From the UHGV virus genome UHGV-0391345: a stretch of DNA of 41,856 nt. One strand, given 5' to 3'. The notes beneath the pieces are model-generated. The model was given only the letters and a program-made list of their open reading frames with translations, did not search any database and was not told the origin of the DNA. Numbering within the stretch: the stretch's first letter is position 1; each line of letters starts with the position of its first letter. Positions 1-8,611 of this stretch are shown here, piece by piece. The DNA comes from a virus. A program made the position numbers and the translations under genes.

Positions 1-315
1 AGAACCATACAGCTAATCAAGGATGTGCGCGACAAACTGGAAAGTTGTCTTGACGGGGCAATATATGCGCTCAATGTATATGCTGACCTGTACGGACTGG
101 CACCAGCCGGAAACTACGAAATAACATATGATTTTGGGGACATTACATACAACCGTGAAGAGGACCGGGCAAGATGGTGGCAGTATGTTGTGCAGGGAAA
201 GGTGCCGGCCTGGATGTATTTTCGGAAGTTTGAAGGATTATCTGAAGAAGATGCAAAAGCTATGGTACAGGAAGCGCAACCGAAGGATAGACCGAGGATG
301 TTTGAGGAGGAATAA
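1..315 (+). CDS. portal protein, C-terminal fragment (frame open from nt 1; continues the ORF running off the window end)
   Basis: Frame 1 is open from nt 1 to the stop at 315. The ORF at 40738..41856 ends in the same codon phase, and 373+105 aa matches the ~470-aa SPP1-type portal length. Confidence 0.55.
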   Translation, partial: RTIQLIKDVRDKLESCLDGAIYALNVYADLYGLAPAGNYEITYDFGDITYNREEDRARWWQYVVQGKVPAWMYFRKFEGLSEEDAKAMVQEAQPKDRPRMFEEE

Positions 316-421
316 ATTGAGAAGCTTATTAATTTGGATAGTATTCAATATACCACTTGGTTCATTTGCCCCGAAAGTGCTTGAATGGACAATTGGACAT
401 AAGGGAAAGAAGGAAGAGTAA

Positions 422-1645
422 ATGTTAAGCCCTGAGTACCTTGCAAGAATCGCAGAAGGAAGCGAAGAAATAGCCTCACAGCTCCATACATACATTATCC
501 GTCAGATAATAGACCGCATGATGATACGCATAGGCCGCGGTGATGATTACCTGCTCACCTCCTCTGACCGATGGCGCATACAGATATTGCAGGATGCAGG
601 ATATCTGCTGGAGGACATAACGGCAGAATTATCCAAAGTCACTAATCGGCAGGAAAAAGAAATCAAGTCCGCAATGGAAGAAGCGGGAGTCAAGGCCCTG
701 GAATATGACCATAAAATATATGAAGCTGCTGGTTTATCTCCAATTCCTCTTACTCAATCTCCGCAGCTTATCCGACTGATGGAACGAAACATGGATGCAA
801 CAATGGGAGAGTGGGAAAACTATACTAGGACCACAGCAGAAGCTGCACAAAGGCTTTTTATAAACGAATGTGATAATGCATACCACCTTGTATCTTCTGG
901 GGCTGTATCGTACACACAGGCTGTCAAAGAGGCAGTTAATAATGTGGTATCGGGCGGAGTGATAGTACACTATCCTTCGGGCCATAAAGACACCATAGAA
1001 ACTGCTACGGCGCGTGCAGTACGTACTGGAGTAGCCCAGGCTACAGGCGATATCTCTATTAAGCGTATGGAAGAAATGGACTGGGATATCATACTGGTGT
1101 CGGCGCACATCGGGGCCAGAACCGGGGATGGGGGACAGAATCCGGGCAATCATTTATGGTGGCAAGGGCAGTTTTACAGCAGGACTGGAAAGGATAAGCG
1201 CTTTCCTCCATTTTCCCATACTGGATACGGAACAGGTGAAGGGTTATGTGGATGGAACTGCCGTCACTCCTTCGGAAGCGGTGATGGGGTAAACAATCCA
1301 TACAAAGACATCCAAACCGCAGACAATTACAAGGTTGAGCAGCTGGAGAAGCGACAGAGAACGCTTGAACGGCGCATCAGAAAGACCAAACGCGAAGTCA
1401 TTGGGATGCAAGAGGCCGTGGATAAATGCAAGGACGAATCAGTTAAATTTGAAATGCAGCTTGACCTTGACCGAAAGTCGTATCTGTTACAGCGGAAGAA
1501 TAAAGCATACAACGAATTTTGCAAAGCGAATGACTTACGCACCCAGCAGGAACGGTTACAGATTGCCCGCTGGAGCCGTGAACAGGCCGCAAAGGCCAGA
1601 GGGGCGGCAAGGCGGTATCAAAATGCGAAAGGGGAATTAATTTGA
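422..1645 (+). CDS. phage head morphogenesis / minor head protein (Mu gpF / SPP1 gp7-like)
   Basis: 407 aa. Lies immediately after the portal gene. C-terminal region NPGNHLWWQGQFYS...GYGTGEGLCGWNCRHSF is typical of the MuF-like domain. The C-terminus is coiled-coil and basic. Confidence 0.7.
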   Translation: MLSPEYLARIAEGSEEIASQLHTYIIRQIIDRMMIRIGRGDDYLLTSSDRWRIQILQDAGYLLEDITAELSKVTNRQEKEIKSAMEEAGVKALEYDHKIYEAAGLSPIPLTQSPQLIRLMERNMDATMGEWENYTRTTAEAAQRLFINECDNAYHLVSSGAVSYTQAVKEAVNNVVSGGVIVHYPSGHKDTIETATARAVRTGVAQATGDISIKRMEEMDWDIILVSAHIGARTGDGGQNPGNHLWWQGQFYSRTGKDKRFPPFSHTGYGTGEGLCGWNCRHSFGSGDGVNNPYKDIQTADNYKVEQLEKRQRTLERRIRKTKREVIGMQEAVDKCKDESVKFEMQLDLDRKSYLLQRKNKAYNEFCKANDLRTQQERLQIARWSREQAAKARGAARRYQNAKGELI

Positions 1646-2025
1646 ATAGATGGAAACCATATAACCCTAACCCAGTCCGTAATCAGCGTGTAGGCGACTG
1701 TGCCATACGTGCAATCTGCAAAGCAACCGGACAGGATTGGGAAACCGTCTTTGCTGGTGTTATGGTGGTGGCGTGCGAGAAATCAGATATGCCGTCAGCT
1801 AACAGCGTGTGGGGGACATATCTCAGGCGCAACGGGTTTCGGAGAAACATTATACCAAACGAATATCCAGAAGATTATACTGTGGAAGAATTTGCGGCAG
1901 ACCACCAGAACGGAGTGTTTGTTCTTGGGCTTGATGGTCATGTGGTAACGGTTGTAGACGGATTTTACTGGGACACATGGGACAGCGGGCAGGAGATACC
2001 AATATACTACTGGGAAAGGCGATAA
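1642..2025 (+). CDS. papain-fold (C39-like) Cys/His peptidase-like protein
   Basis: TTG start overlapping the upstream stop (TTGA), so translationally coupled to the MuF-like gene. Has an N-terminal VGDCAIRAI Cys motif and a C-terminal LDGHVVTVVDG His motif with the spacing of papain-like peptidases. Confidence 0.4.
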   Translation: MNRWKPYNPNPVRNQRVGDCAIRAICKATGQDWETVFAGVMVVACEKSDMPSANSVWGTYLRRNGFRRNIIPNEYPEDYTVEEFAADHQNGVFVLGLDGHVVTVVDGFYWDTWDSGQEIPIYYWERR

Positions 2026-2028
2026 CTT

Positions 2029-2322
2029 ATGGAAACATTAAACTCTATTATGGTTGTATGTGGTTGGCTTATTACTCTTGGAGGCGCAGGAACCGTAATA
2101 TATAAATTGTTTCACCCGGCATTTAAGCTAAAAAACAGAGTGGATAAATTAGAAATAAATGTGGAAAAGGATTATAAATCTATCCAAGAAATAAGAGATA
2201 TGCAATCTCTTTTATGCCAGGGAATGATAGCATTAATTGATAATCGTATAACCGGTAACAATATTGAGGGTTTAAAAAAAACCAAAGATGCTATGATAAA
2301 GCATTTGTCAGAAGGTATTTAA
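2029..2322 (+). CDS. small membrane-anchored coiled-coil protein, unknown function
   Basis: 97 aa, N-terminal TM helix (MVVCGWLITLGGAGTVIY), AT-rich. Confidence 0.4.
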   Translation: METLNSIMVVCGWLITLGGAGTVIYKLFHPAFKLKNRVDKLEINVEKDYKSIQEIRDMQSLLCQGMIALIDNRITGNNIEGLKKTKDAMIKHLSEGI

Positions 2323-2333
2323 GGAGCGTTGCT

Positions 2334-2534
2334 TTGAAAGTATATGACTTTACGGTGCCAGAGTTAAACTATTTCCGTACATACTGCAATTTCACAAATG
2401 ATGAACGGCAGCTTTTTGAATTACGTTCACAGAACATGCCGCTGGAACAATGTGCAGAAAAAATGAATGTCAGTGTGTCCACGGCGAAAAGATTAAGCCG
2501 AAAAGTCAATAATAAAATAATCAGAGTATGCTGA
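2334..2534 (+). CDS. small HTH protein resembling sigma-70 region 4 / late-gene regulator
   Basis: 66 aa, TTG start with an AAGGAG RBS. Segment EQCAEKMNVSVSTAKRLSRKV has a region-4-type HTH pattern. Confidence 0.4.
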   Translation: MKVYDFTVPELNYFRTYCNFTNDERQLFELRSQNMPLEQCAEKMNVSVSTAKRLSRKVNNKIIRVC

Positions 2535-2557
2535 TACTTGCATGATACTTTTATAAG

Positions 2558-2592
2558 TCTTTGACGACCTGTCAAGGGCTTATTTTTTATGG
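2558..2592 (+). terminator. possible stem-loop terminator (CTTTGAC-N5-GTCAAGG followed by a T-run)
   Basis: Inverted repeat CTTGACgacctGTCAAG followed by GGCTTATTTTTTAT. Confidence 0.3.
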
Positions 2593-2626
2593 GATAATTG
2601 GGATATAAAAGAACGGAGGGGATATA

Positions 2627-3097
2627 ATGCCGCAACCATTTATCAATCCAAACTACCTGAATGCATATCCAAACGCATACCCGTATCAGCCGCAGATGCA
2701 ACCACCTATGGATCGTTTGCAACAGCTACAGGCACCATACCAGATGCCGCAGCAGACACAAGTACCACAAGTCCCACAAACCAATCAGGGAATATTATGG
2801 GTACAGGGAGAGGCAGGTGCAAAGTCTTATTTAGTAGCACCTAGCACATCCATATTGTTGATGGACAGCGAGAACGAATATTTTTATATTAAGACAACCG
2901 ATGCAGCAGGAATGCCAACACTCCGCACTTTTGAATATAAAGAGATTGTCAATGGGCAGAAAAAGGAATCTGTTCCAGCGGATAATCTGGATGATAAGTA
3001 TGTAACACGAAATGAGTACCAGGATTTAAAAGCAAAATACGAGGAATTATATGGACTTTTAGAAACCAGTACGGCGCCAACAGGAAAGGGGAAATAG
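2627..3097 (+). CDS. Pro/Gln/Tyr-rich N-terminal low-complexity protein with a globular C-terminal domain, unknown function
   Basis: 156 aa with a GGAGG RBS. N-terminal region is PYQPQMQPP...QQTQVPQVPQ. Confidence 0.45.
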   Translation: MPQPFINPNYLNAYPNAYPYQPQMQPPMDRLQQLQAPYQMPQQTQVPQVPQTNQGILWVQGEAGAKSYLVAPSTSILLMDSENEYFYIKTTDAAGMPTLRTFEYKEIVNGQKKESVPADNLDDKYVTRNEYQDLKAKYEELYGLLETSTAPTGKGK

Positions 3098-3101
3098 ATA
3101 T

Positions 3102-3350
3102 ATGAATCCATTATTTAATATGTTGGGCGGTAGCTCACCAATGGGTGGAATGATGCCTGGAATTGGTGGGGGAAACAACCCCATGCAAATGATACAGAAA
3201 TTCATGGAGTTTAAAAACAATTTTAGGGGAAACCCTCAGGAAGAAGTACAGAAAATGCTACAGTCTGGTCAAATAACTCAGCAGCAATTAGACCAGGCGC
3301 AACAGATGGCCCAGCAGTTTCAGCAGATGCTTGGAGGCATGAAAAAATAG
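3102..3350 (+). CDS. Met/Gly/Gln-rich small low-complexity protein
   Basis: 82 aa: GGMMPGIGGGNNPMQM...QQLDQAQQMAQQFQQMLGG. Confidence 0.4.
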   Translation: MNPLFNMLGGSSPMGGMMPGIGGGNNPMQMIQKFMEFKNNFRGNPQEEVQKMLQSGQITQQQLDQAQQMAQQFQQMLGGMKK

Positions 3351-3404
3351 TACATAAATCAATGCGCATGATTTTGTAAATATATTTTAAAAGGAGTAAA
3401 TTTT

Positions 3405-4109
3405 ATGGAAAGTGGTTACTCTTTAGCGGACATTGCTGCCGCTACAGGAAACGGAAATAACAGAAATGGTGATGGTATGTGGGGCGATTGGATTTGGATT
3501 ATCGTTCTCTTCCTGTTCGCCGGGGGAGGCTGGGGCAATGGCTTCGGCGGCAACGGTGCAAATGGAGCGGGACTCCAGGGTCTTGCAACCAGAGCAGATA
3601 TCAATGAGGGTTTTGCTTTGAACGGTATAGAAAACGGAATTAGAGGTATCCAGCAAGGTATCTGTGACAGCACATACGCTCTGAACAACACTATTACCAG
3701 CGGATTTAACGGTGTTGACCGTAGCTTATGCCAGATGGGATATCAGCTTCAGGATTGCTGCTGCCAGACACAGCGAGCAATTGATGGCGTAAACTACAAT
3801 CTGGCTACACAGTCTTGCGACACCAGAAATACCATTCAAACTGCAACCAGGGATATTCTGGACAATAATAACAGCAACACCAGGGCTATCCTTGACTTCT
3901 TAACTCAGGATAAGATTTCCAGCCTCCAGGCAGAGAATCAGACCCTTAGGTTCCAGGCAAGCCAGACAGCCCAGAACGGCTTTATTGATGCAGTTGGCAA
4001 CACCATCGTTGCACAGCTTCGTCAGCCACAGCCTGTACCGGCTTATACGGTTCCGGCGCCATATCCATATGCATCTAATTGTGGATGCAATGCTGGATGT
4101 GGATGCTAA
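3405..4109 (+). CDS. Gly/Asn-rich membrane-anchored protein with coiled-coil and Cys-rich C-terminus (NCGCNAGCGC), unknown function
   Basis: 234 aa. Has a glycine-zipper TM helix (WIWIIVLFLFAGGGWGNGFGG), a DCCCQTQ motif and a C-terminal CGC repeats. Confidence 0.45.
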   Translation: MESGYSLADIAAATGNGNNRNGDGMWGDWIWIIVLFLFAGGGWGNGFGGNGANGAGLQGLATRADINEGFALNGIENGIRGIQQGICDSTYALNNTITSGFNGVDRSLCQMGYQLQDCCCQTQRAIDGVNYNLATQSCDTRNTIQTATRDILDNNNSNTRAILDFLTQDKISSLQAENQTLRFQASQTAQNGFIDAVGNTIVAQLRQPQPVPAYTVPAPYPYASNCGCNAGCGC

Positions 4110-4315
4110 ACCGAAACGAACAGTTTTATGATAATCTTGCCTTATATGCAGCAGCATTACAAATGATTGATGTGTTTTTGCTTTTGGGAGAAGCTTCTAA
4201 TAATGATATTATGGAGGCATTGCAACAGCAAAACAAAGAATACATGGAAAAGATTATCGACCAAAACAACCGTATATTGCGTATCTTGTCCGAAAAGGAC
4301 ATGTCTACTGAATAG
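4079..4315 (+). CDS. small hypothetical protein (start uncertain; overlaps the preceding gene end)
   Basis: Open frame only; an internal Met near 4166 is a possible start. Confidence 0.2.
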   Translation: MWMQCWMWMLNRNEQFYDNLALYAAALQMIDVFLLLGEASNNDIMEALQQQNKEYMEKIIDQNNRILRILSEKDMSTE

Positions 4316-4380
4316 TAGTATTACACATGTGGAAGGGTAGGCATAGGCTTGCCCTTCTGCACATTTAAGGAGGATTTATT

Positions 4381-4779
4381 ATGGCAGATTTTGTAACTGC
4401 TGGCACACAAACTGTTGAAGTTAATGGAAGTGTACTGTTTGCAGCAAACCGGGTATATTCTTGCAATTGCCCAAACATAAGGCATGAGCCACTTTCTGGT
4501 AGAGTGGTGTTGCTTCCTGGCCTGTACCGTGTAGGATTTAACGGAAACTTTTCCGCAGCTGCCGCAGGTGATGTTATCTTTGAAGTGCAGCAGGACGGAG
4601 AAGGTATTCCAGGAGCAAGAATCCAGAATACAGTCGCAGCTGGAGCAACAATCAATGGTGCAGCAACTGTAGAAGTGCGAGTATGTAAGCCATGTTGCGC
4701 TACGCTCTCAGTGAAAAACGTTGGAACCGCAGCAGCAACGGTAACAGACGCTAACCTTGTAGTTAGCAGAATAGGTTAA
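4381..4779 (+). CDS. beta-rich Ala/Gly/Thr/Val protein (jelly-roll C1q/BclA-C-terminal-like impression), unknown function
   Basis: 132 aa, AGGAGG RBS. Composition is rich in Ala/Gly/Val/Thr. A CNC...CKPCC Cys cluster is present. Confidence 0.4.
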   Translation: MADFVTAGTQTVEVNGSVLFAANRVYSCNCPNIRHEPLSGRVVLLPGLYRVGFNGNFSAAAAGDVIFEVQQDGEGIPGARIQNTVAAGATINGAATVEVRVCKPCCATLSVKNVGTAAATVTDANLVVSRIG

Positions 4780-4791
4780 GGAGGTAAGGCT

Positions 4792-5337
4792 ATGAGTTAT
4801 AAGTTAATGCAGAATATCCACGAAGAACTGGATAAGATTGCGGAAAAGGGCCTGAATACCAACAACCTTGAAACCGCATATAAATTGATTGACATGTGGA
4901 AAGACATGGAGAATGTAGAGTACTGGAAATGCAAGGAAGAGTACTACAACCAGGTAATGGATGAAATGGATGGTGGAGAGTACAGCGAAGCACGCCGCAA
5001 GCGTGATAGTATGGGACGCTATAGTCGCGCTGATGGACGTATGTCTCCAGACTACGATAATGACAGCTCTTATCGCGGTACCAGAGGAAAGCATTATGTC
5101 AGAGGTCATTACAGCCGTGCAACTGGTCCGGCTGCGTATGATGACTATATAAATCAGAAGCAAAGTTACCGATCCGGTGGAAAAGATGAAGATTGCAAAC
5201 GGCGTATGCTTTCCGCGCTGGAGGAACACATGGATGCTCTCACGGAAGAATTAGGCGAAATGTCTAAAGATGCGGATTGCCGTGAAGAACGGGAAACCAT
5301 GAAAAGATATATCGAAAAGTTACGTAATATGATGTAA
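4792..5337 (+). CDS. highly charged Arg/Tyr/Asp/Ser-rich protein, unknown function
   Basis: 181 aa, GGAGG RBS. Central region is RKRDSMGRYSRADGRMSPDYDNDSSYRGTRGKHYVRGHYSR. Confidence 0.45.
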   Translation: MSYKLMQNIHEELDKIAEKGLNTNNLETAYKLIDMWKDMENVEYWKCKEEYYNQVMDEMDGGEYSEARRKRDSMGRYSRADGRMSPDYDNDSSYRGTRGKHYVRGHYSRATGPAAYDDYINQKQSYRSGGKDEDCKRRMLSALEEHMDALTEELGEMSKDADCREERETMKRYIEKLRNMM

Positions 5338-5342
5338 CGTAT

Positions 5343-5372
5343 TGGCGGTGGGAATAATTTCACCGCCTTTTG
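5343..5372 (+). terminator. rho-independent terminator
   Basis: GGCGGTG-loop-CACCGCC followed by TTTTG. Confidence 0.6.
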
Positions 5373-5517
5373 AAGATGTATAACCAAATAGTGTCTTGAC
5401 AAATAAGGGAATAGGATATATTATTTAACTATAAGGTATCAGCAGATGGGGTTGATACTGGTCACCGCTCTCCAATCTGAGCGGTGTGGATTGAAATATT
5501 AGGTTATTCGTTTTTAT

Positions 5518-5558
5518 CAAAAAAATATCGCCAACTCATATTGAGAAGGCGATATTTT
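5518..5558. terminator. bidirectional terminator (A-run, ATATCGCC...GGCGATAT, T-run) between convergent genes
   Basis: Perfect 8-bp stem flanked by A7 and T7. Confidence 0.6.
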
Positions 5559-5559
5559 T

Positions 5560-5907
5560 TTATAATAAATCTTTCCTGCGATACAGAATGTATTCACGGG
5601 TGTATCCCAGCTTTTCCATTGCTGATATTACTGCTTTTACCGCCTCATCTCGCGAGCCAAACTTATAATAATCTGTTTCGTAATCGTTAGACGGGAGGCT
5701 TGCCATCCAGCCCTCACCATTAAATACCCCATATTGTCTTGTCTCATTGTCAAACTTAGCATCTCTAGCAACAGCTTTTGCGTCAGCCAAAGTTTTACAC
5801 CACGGACACCTGTCAATGATAGGGTCATCTCCATATGTGGCCAAACATACTCTATAACCGCCCTCTGATTTAAAAATATCATATTTCTCCATAATATTAT
5901 CCTCCAA
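5560..5907 (-). CDS. hypothetical protein (third gene of the minus-strand moron operon)
   Basis: 115 aa, CPWC motif. Confidence 0.45.
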   Translation of the reverse strand: MEDNIMEKYDIFKSEGGYRVCLATYGDDPIIDRCPWCKTLADAKAVARDAKFDNETRQYGVFNGEGWMASLPSNDYETDYYKFGSRDEAVKAVISAMEKLGYTREYILYRRKDLL

Positions 5908-5927
5908 ATTTCCTGAGTAAGTATTTG

Positions 5928-6248
5928 TTACAAAAAATCATCAACATCGCAGTCAAGGGCTTTTGCCAGAGCCAGAGCATTGCGCAGGGTCATGTTGCCA
6001 AGATCCCCTTCTCCAGATTCAAACTTCTGAATCTGACGGATATTTATTTTGGCGGCATCCGCTACCTGCTGTTGGGTCATCTCCGCCAAAGAGCGTTGAT
6101 ATAACAGCTTGTTTATTTTGTTGTTGTGGCAATCCCTGCCACGACTGGAGGCGGAGCAGGCCCCGCATAGTCCATCAGTTCTTATGCAATCAGGATATCT
6201 TCTCAATTTTTCACACCTCCTATTTGATAATATATAATACTTCTGCAT
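5928..6248 (-). CDS. XRE-family HTH regulator with N-terminal Cys cluster (Aca-like position)
   Basis: HTH segment MTQQQVADAAKINIRQIQKFESG. An N-terminal CxxxxxxCxxC...C cluster precedes it. It overlaps the upstream gene. Confidence 0.55.
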   Translation of the reverse strand: MQKYYILSNRRCEKLRRYPDCIRTDGLCGACSASSRGRDCHNNKINKLLYQRSLAEMTQQQVADAAKINIRQIQKFESGEGDLGNMTLRNALALAKALDCDVDDFL

Positions 6249-6549
6249 CTTTTAATATTACCTCTCCTGCATCAAGACCATATGAAAAACGGTTACTTGC
6301 AAGTAGGGCTATGTGGGAACCAAAATATCCACGACCATTGAGCGCACCAGCAGCTTCCGGAGAGTTTAAATTAATGGCACATATTCCATCAAGTTCCTCT
6401 TCTGTTTCCTCTCCATCAACCCAGACTTTTGAGTTGTGGTCAACAGTTCCGAGTTCAAAGTCCTGTTCTTGAATGCGGATACCATATTTTTCGTAAGAAT
6501 CCCAATCATTATTGTTCGCAATCATTTCCTTTAATTCGGCCACTGTCAT
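6220..6549 (-). CDS. small acidic protein, first gene of operon (anti-defence candidate by context only)
   Basis: 109 aa, Asp/Glu-rich, AGGGGA RBS, directly downstream of a consensus promoter. Confidence 0.45.
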   Translation of the reverse strand: MTVAELKEMIANNNDWDSYEKYGIRIQEQDFELGTVDHNSKVWVDGEETEEELDGICAINLNSPEAAGALNGRGYFGSHIALLASNRFSYGLDAGEVILKDAEVLYIIK

Positions 6550-6581
6550 TGTTTTAATCCCCTTCCCTTACTTCTAATTAT

Positions 6582-6610
6582 ATTATACGCCAATATTGGC
6601 GTAAAGTCAA
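6582..6610 (-). promoter_or_regulatory. consensus sigma-A promoter (TTGACT-17-TATAAT) whose spacer is a perfect 14-bp palindrome CGCCAATATTGGCG (operator)
   Basis: Read on the minus strand. The -35 element is at 6605-6610, the -10 at 6582-6587, and the palindrome at 6588-6601. Confidence 0.55.
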
Positions 6611-6691
6611 CAGTATATTTAAAATGTGGGGACGATTATTTTAGGCCAATACGGTAAAATGGGAGTAAGAATAAACAGAAAGGGTGAAAAC

Positions 6692-6862
6692 ATGGTAAAA
6701 GACGGTTGGGTATACTGCCCCATATGCAGTAATAAGACAAGAACAAAAATCAGAAAAGATACCGAAGCCAAGAATTTACCTGTGTTTTGTCCAAAGTGTA
6801 GGAATACAATTGTAATGGATATATACGGAAGTGAAATAAAAAGAATGCAAAACATTAATTAG
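6692..6862 (+). CDS. Cys_rich_KTR family small protein
   Basis: CPICSNKTRTKIRKDTEAKNLPVFCPKCRN matches the CxxC-NKTR...CPKC pattern of this family. The start was chosen at the internal Met. Confidence 0.6.
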   Translation: MVKDGWVYCPICSNKTRTKIRKDTEAKNLPVFCPKCRNTIVMDIYGSEIKRMQNIN

Positions 6863-6877
6863 AGCCAGTCGCCAGTC

Positions 6878-6925
6878 GCAGAGCCATACAGATTACAAGA
6901 ATGTAGTTTGTGTGGCTCTTTCTAG
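6878..6925 (+). terminator. stem-loop terminator (AGAGCCA...TGGCTCT followed by TTTCTAGTATTT)
   Basis: Inverted repeat followed by a T-rich tract. Confidence 0.45.
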
Positions 6926-7124
6926 TATTTGAACCTCCTCCAACTGCACATGTCCTTAATAGAAACGGGTCCTAATGCATAGCATAAACGGCCTGGAGGT
7001 TGAAAAGCGGATGCAATTTCCGGCATGTGCGTTTCGGGACACGCCAAGTCCTACAAAATGGCAAACCGTTGGTGGACGGTTACACACCTACAAATAACCT
7101 AATAACGGAAAAGGAGAATCATCA

Positions 7125-7742
7125 ATGAAAACCGAAGAATTAAAAGCACAGGGATTAACAGAGGAACAGATATCTTTTGTCATGGCTGAAAATGGAAAAG
7201 ACCTTAAAAAGTTGCAGAAAGAAAATGACAATCTTACATCCGAACGGGATACCTGGAAAGAAAAAGCAGAAGCAGCAGAAACAACGCTGAAAGGCTTTGA
7301 AGGGGTTGACCTGGAGACGATGCAGAAAGAACTGTCTGACTGGAAACAAAAAGCTACAGAAGCCGAAAAGAACGCCCAGGCACAGCTTTATGAACGTGAT
7401 TTCGCGGATGCGCTTAAGACAGAATTTGAAGGGATTAAATTTTCCAGTGAGGCAGCAAAGCGGGCAATTATGGCAGAAGTAAAAGAGGCCGGTTTAAAAC
7501 TGAAAGATGGTAAAATTCTGGGGCTGAATGACCTTTTGTCTCAAATGAAAGAAAAAGATGCTTCGGCTTTTGTTGATGGTGCACAGCAGCAGGTACAGCA
7601 GAACATGGCGAGGTTTACTGCACCTAAAAAAACGAATAGTTCTGGCACCATGAGTAAAGATGAGATTATGGCTATTAAGGACCGGGGGGAACGCCGCACC
7701 GCCATAGCTCAAAACATGCATTTATTTGAAGGAGATAAATAA
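7125..7742 (+). CDS. phage scaffolding protein
   Basis: 205 aa, Lys/Glu-rich coiled-coil, immediately upstream of the capsid gene, GGAGA RBS. Confidence 0.7.
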   Translation: MKTEELKAQGLTEEQISFVMAENGKDLKKLQKENDNLTSERDTWKEKAEAAETTLKGFEGVDLETMQKELSDWKQKATEAEKNAQAQLYERDFADALKTEFEGIKFSSEAAKRAIMAEVKEAGLKLKDGKILGLNDLLSQMKEKDASAFVDGAQQQVQQNMARFTAPKKTNSSGTMSKDEIMAIKDRGERRTAIAQNMHLFEGDK

Positions 7743-8611
7743 TGGCAGCAGAAGTAAATTTAATTAAAAAATCCGACTTAGCCAAGGTGCGCGAAGTCGA
7801 ATTTACCAATATGTTTGGCTATTCCCTTAAAAAATTAACGGAAGCACTGGGTGTAACAAGAAAGATTTCGAAACAGGCCGGTACTGTCCTTAAATCTTAT
7901 AAGGCGGCTGGAACATTGGAAAATGGGGAAGTGGCAGAAGGAGACACCATTCCACTGTCAAAGTATAAAACAGAGCCTGTCACATACAAAGAAATCACAC
8001 TGCATAAATGGAGAAAAGCAACATCAGCCGAAGCCATTATCGACCGAGGATATGAACAGGCAGTGGATATGACCACAGATGAGATGCTAAGAGATGTTCA
8101 GAAAGGAATCCGAAAAGATTTCTTTGATTTTTTGGCAACGGGTACAGGGACAGCAACTGGTGCTAGTTTTCAGGCAACTCTTGCTCAGGCATGGGGACAA
8201 TTACAAGTGCTTTTTGAAGATGATGAAATCCAGTCCGTTTATTTTCTTAACCCATTGGATATAGCAGATTACCTTGCATCTGCAAACATTACTTTACAGA
8301 CCGCATTTGGTATGACATATGTGGAAAACTTCCTGGGTCTTGGAACTGTATTTTTTAATAGTTCTGTTCCGAAAGGAAAAATATACGCAACGGCTGCTGA
8401 CAACATTGTATTGTATTATATCCCAGTAAATGGAGCTGATTTAAACGAAGCATTTTCGTTCACTTCTGACGAAACTGGATATATTGGAATTCATGAAGAG
8501 GCAGATTATACCAATATGACTGCATCAGATACAGTTGTGTCTGGAATTGAACTTTTTGCAGAGCGAATTGATGGAATCGTGGTTGGAAGCATCAGCGCGG
8601 GGGGAGCGTAG
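7742..8611 (+). CDS. major capsid protein
   Basis: 289 aa. ATGA overlap with the scaffold gene. Position and size fit an HK97-fold major capsid protein. Confidence 0.6.
   Translation: MAAEVNLIKKSDLAKVREVEFTNMFGYSLKKLTEALGVTRKISKQAGTVLKSYKAAGTLENGEVAEGDTIPLSKYKTEPVTYKEITLHKWRKATSAEAIIDRGYEQAVDMTTDEMLRDVQKGIRKDFFDFLATGTGTATGASFQATLAQAWGQLQVLFEDDEIQSVYFLNPLDIADYLASANITLQTAFGMTYVENFLGLGTVFFNSSVPKGKIYATAADNIVLYYIPVNGADLNEAFSFTSDETGYIGIHEEADYTNMTASDTVVSGIELFAERIDGIVVGSISAGGA

Noticed and set aside
128-1301. Alternate-frame and antisense ORFs overlapping the portal and MuF genes (128..421, 238..495, 734..1153, 1089..1301)
   Set aside because: They are embedded in strongly supported genes and lack RBSs. 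They are typical shadow ORFs.
3102-3350. Met/Gly/Gln-rich 82-aa protein as an FlgM-like anti-sigma factor or GerQ-like coat protein
   Set aside because: Only compositional resemblance. No alignable conserved motif was recognised.
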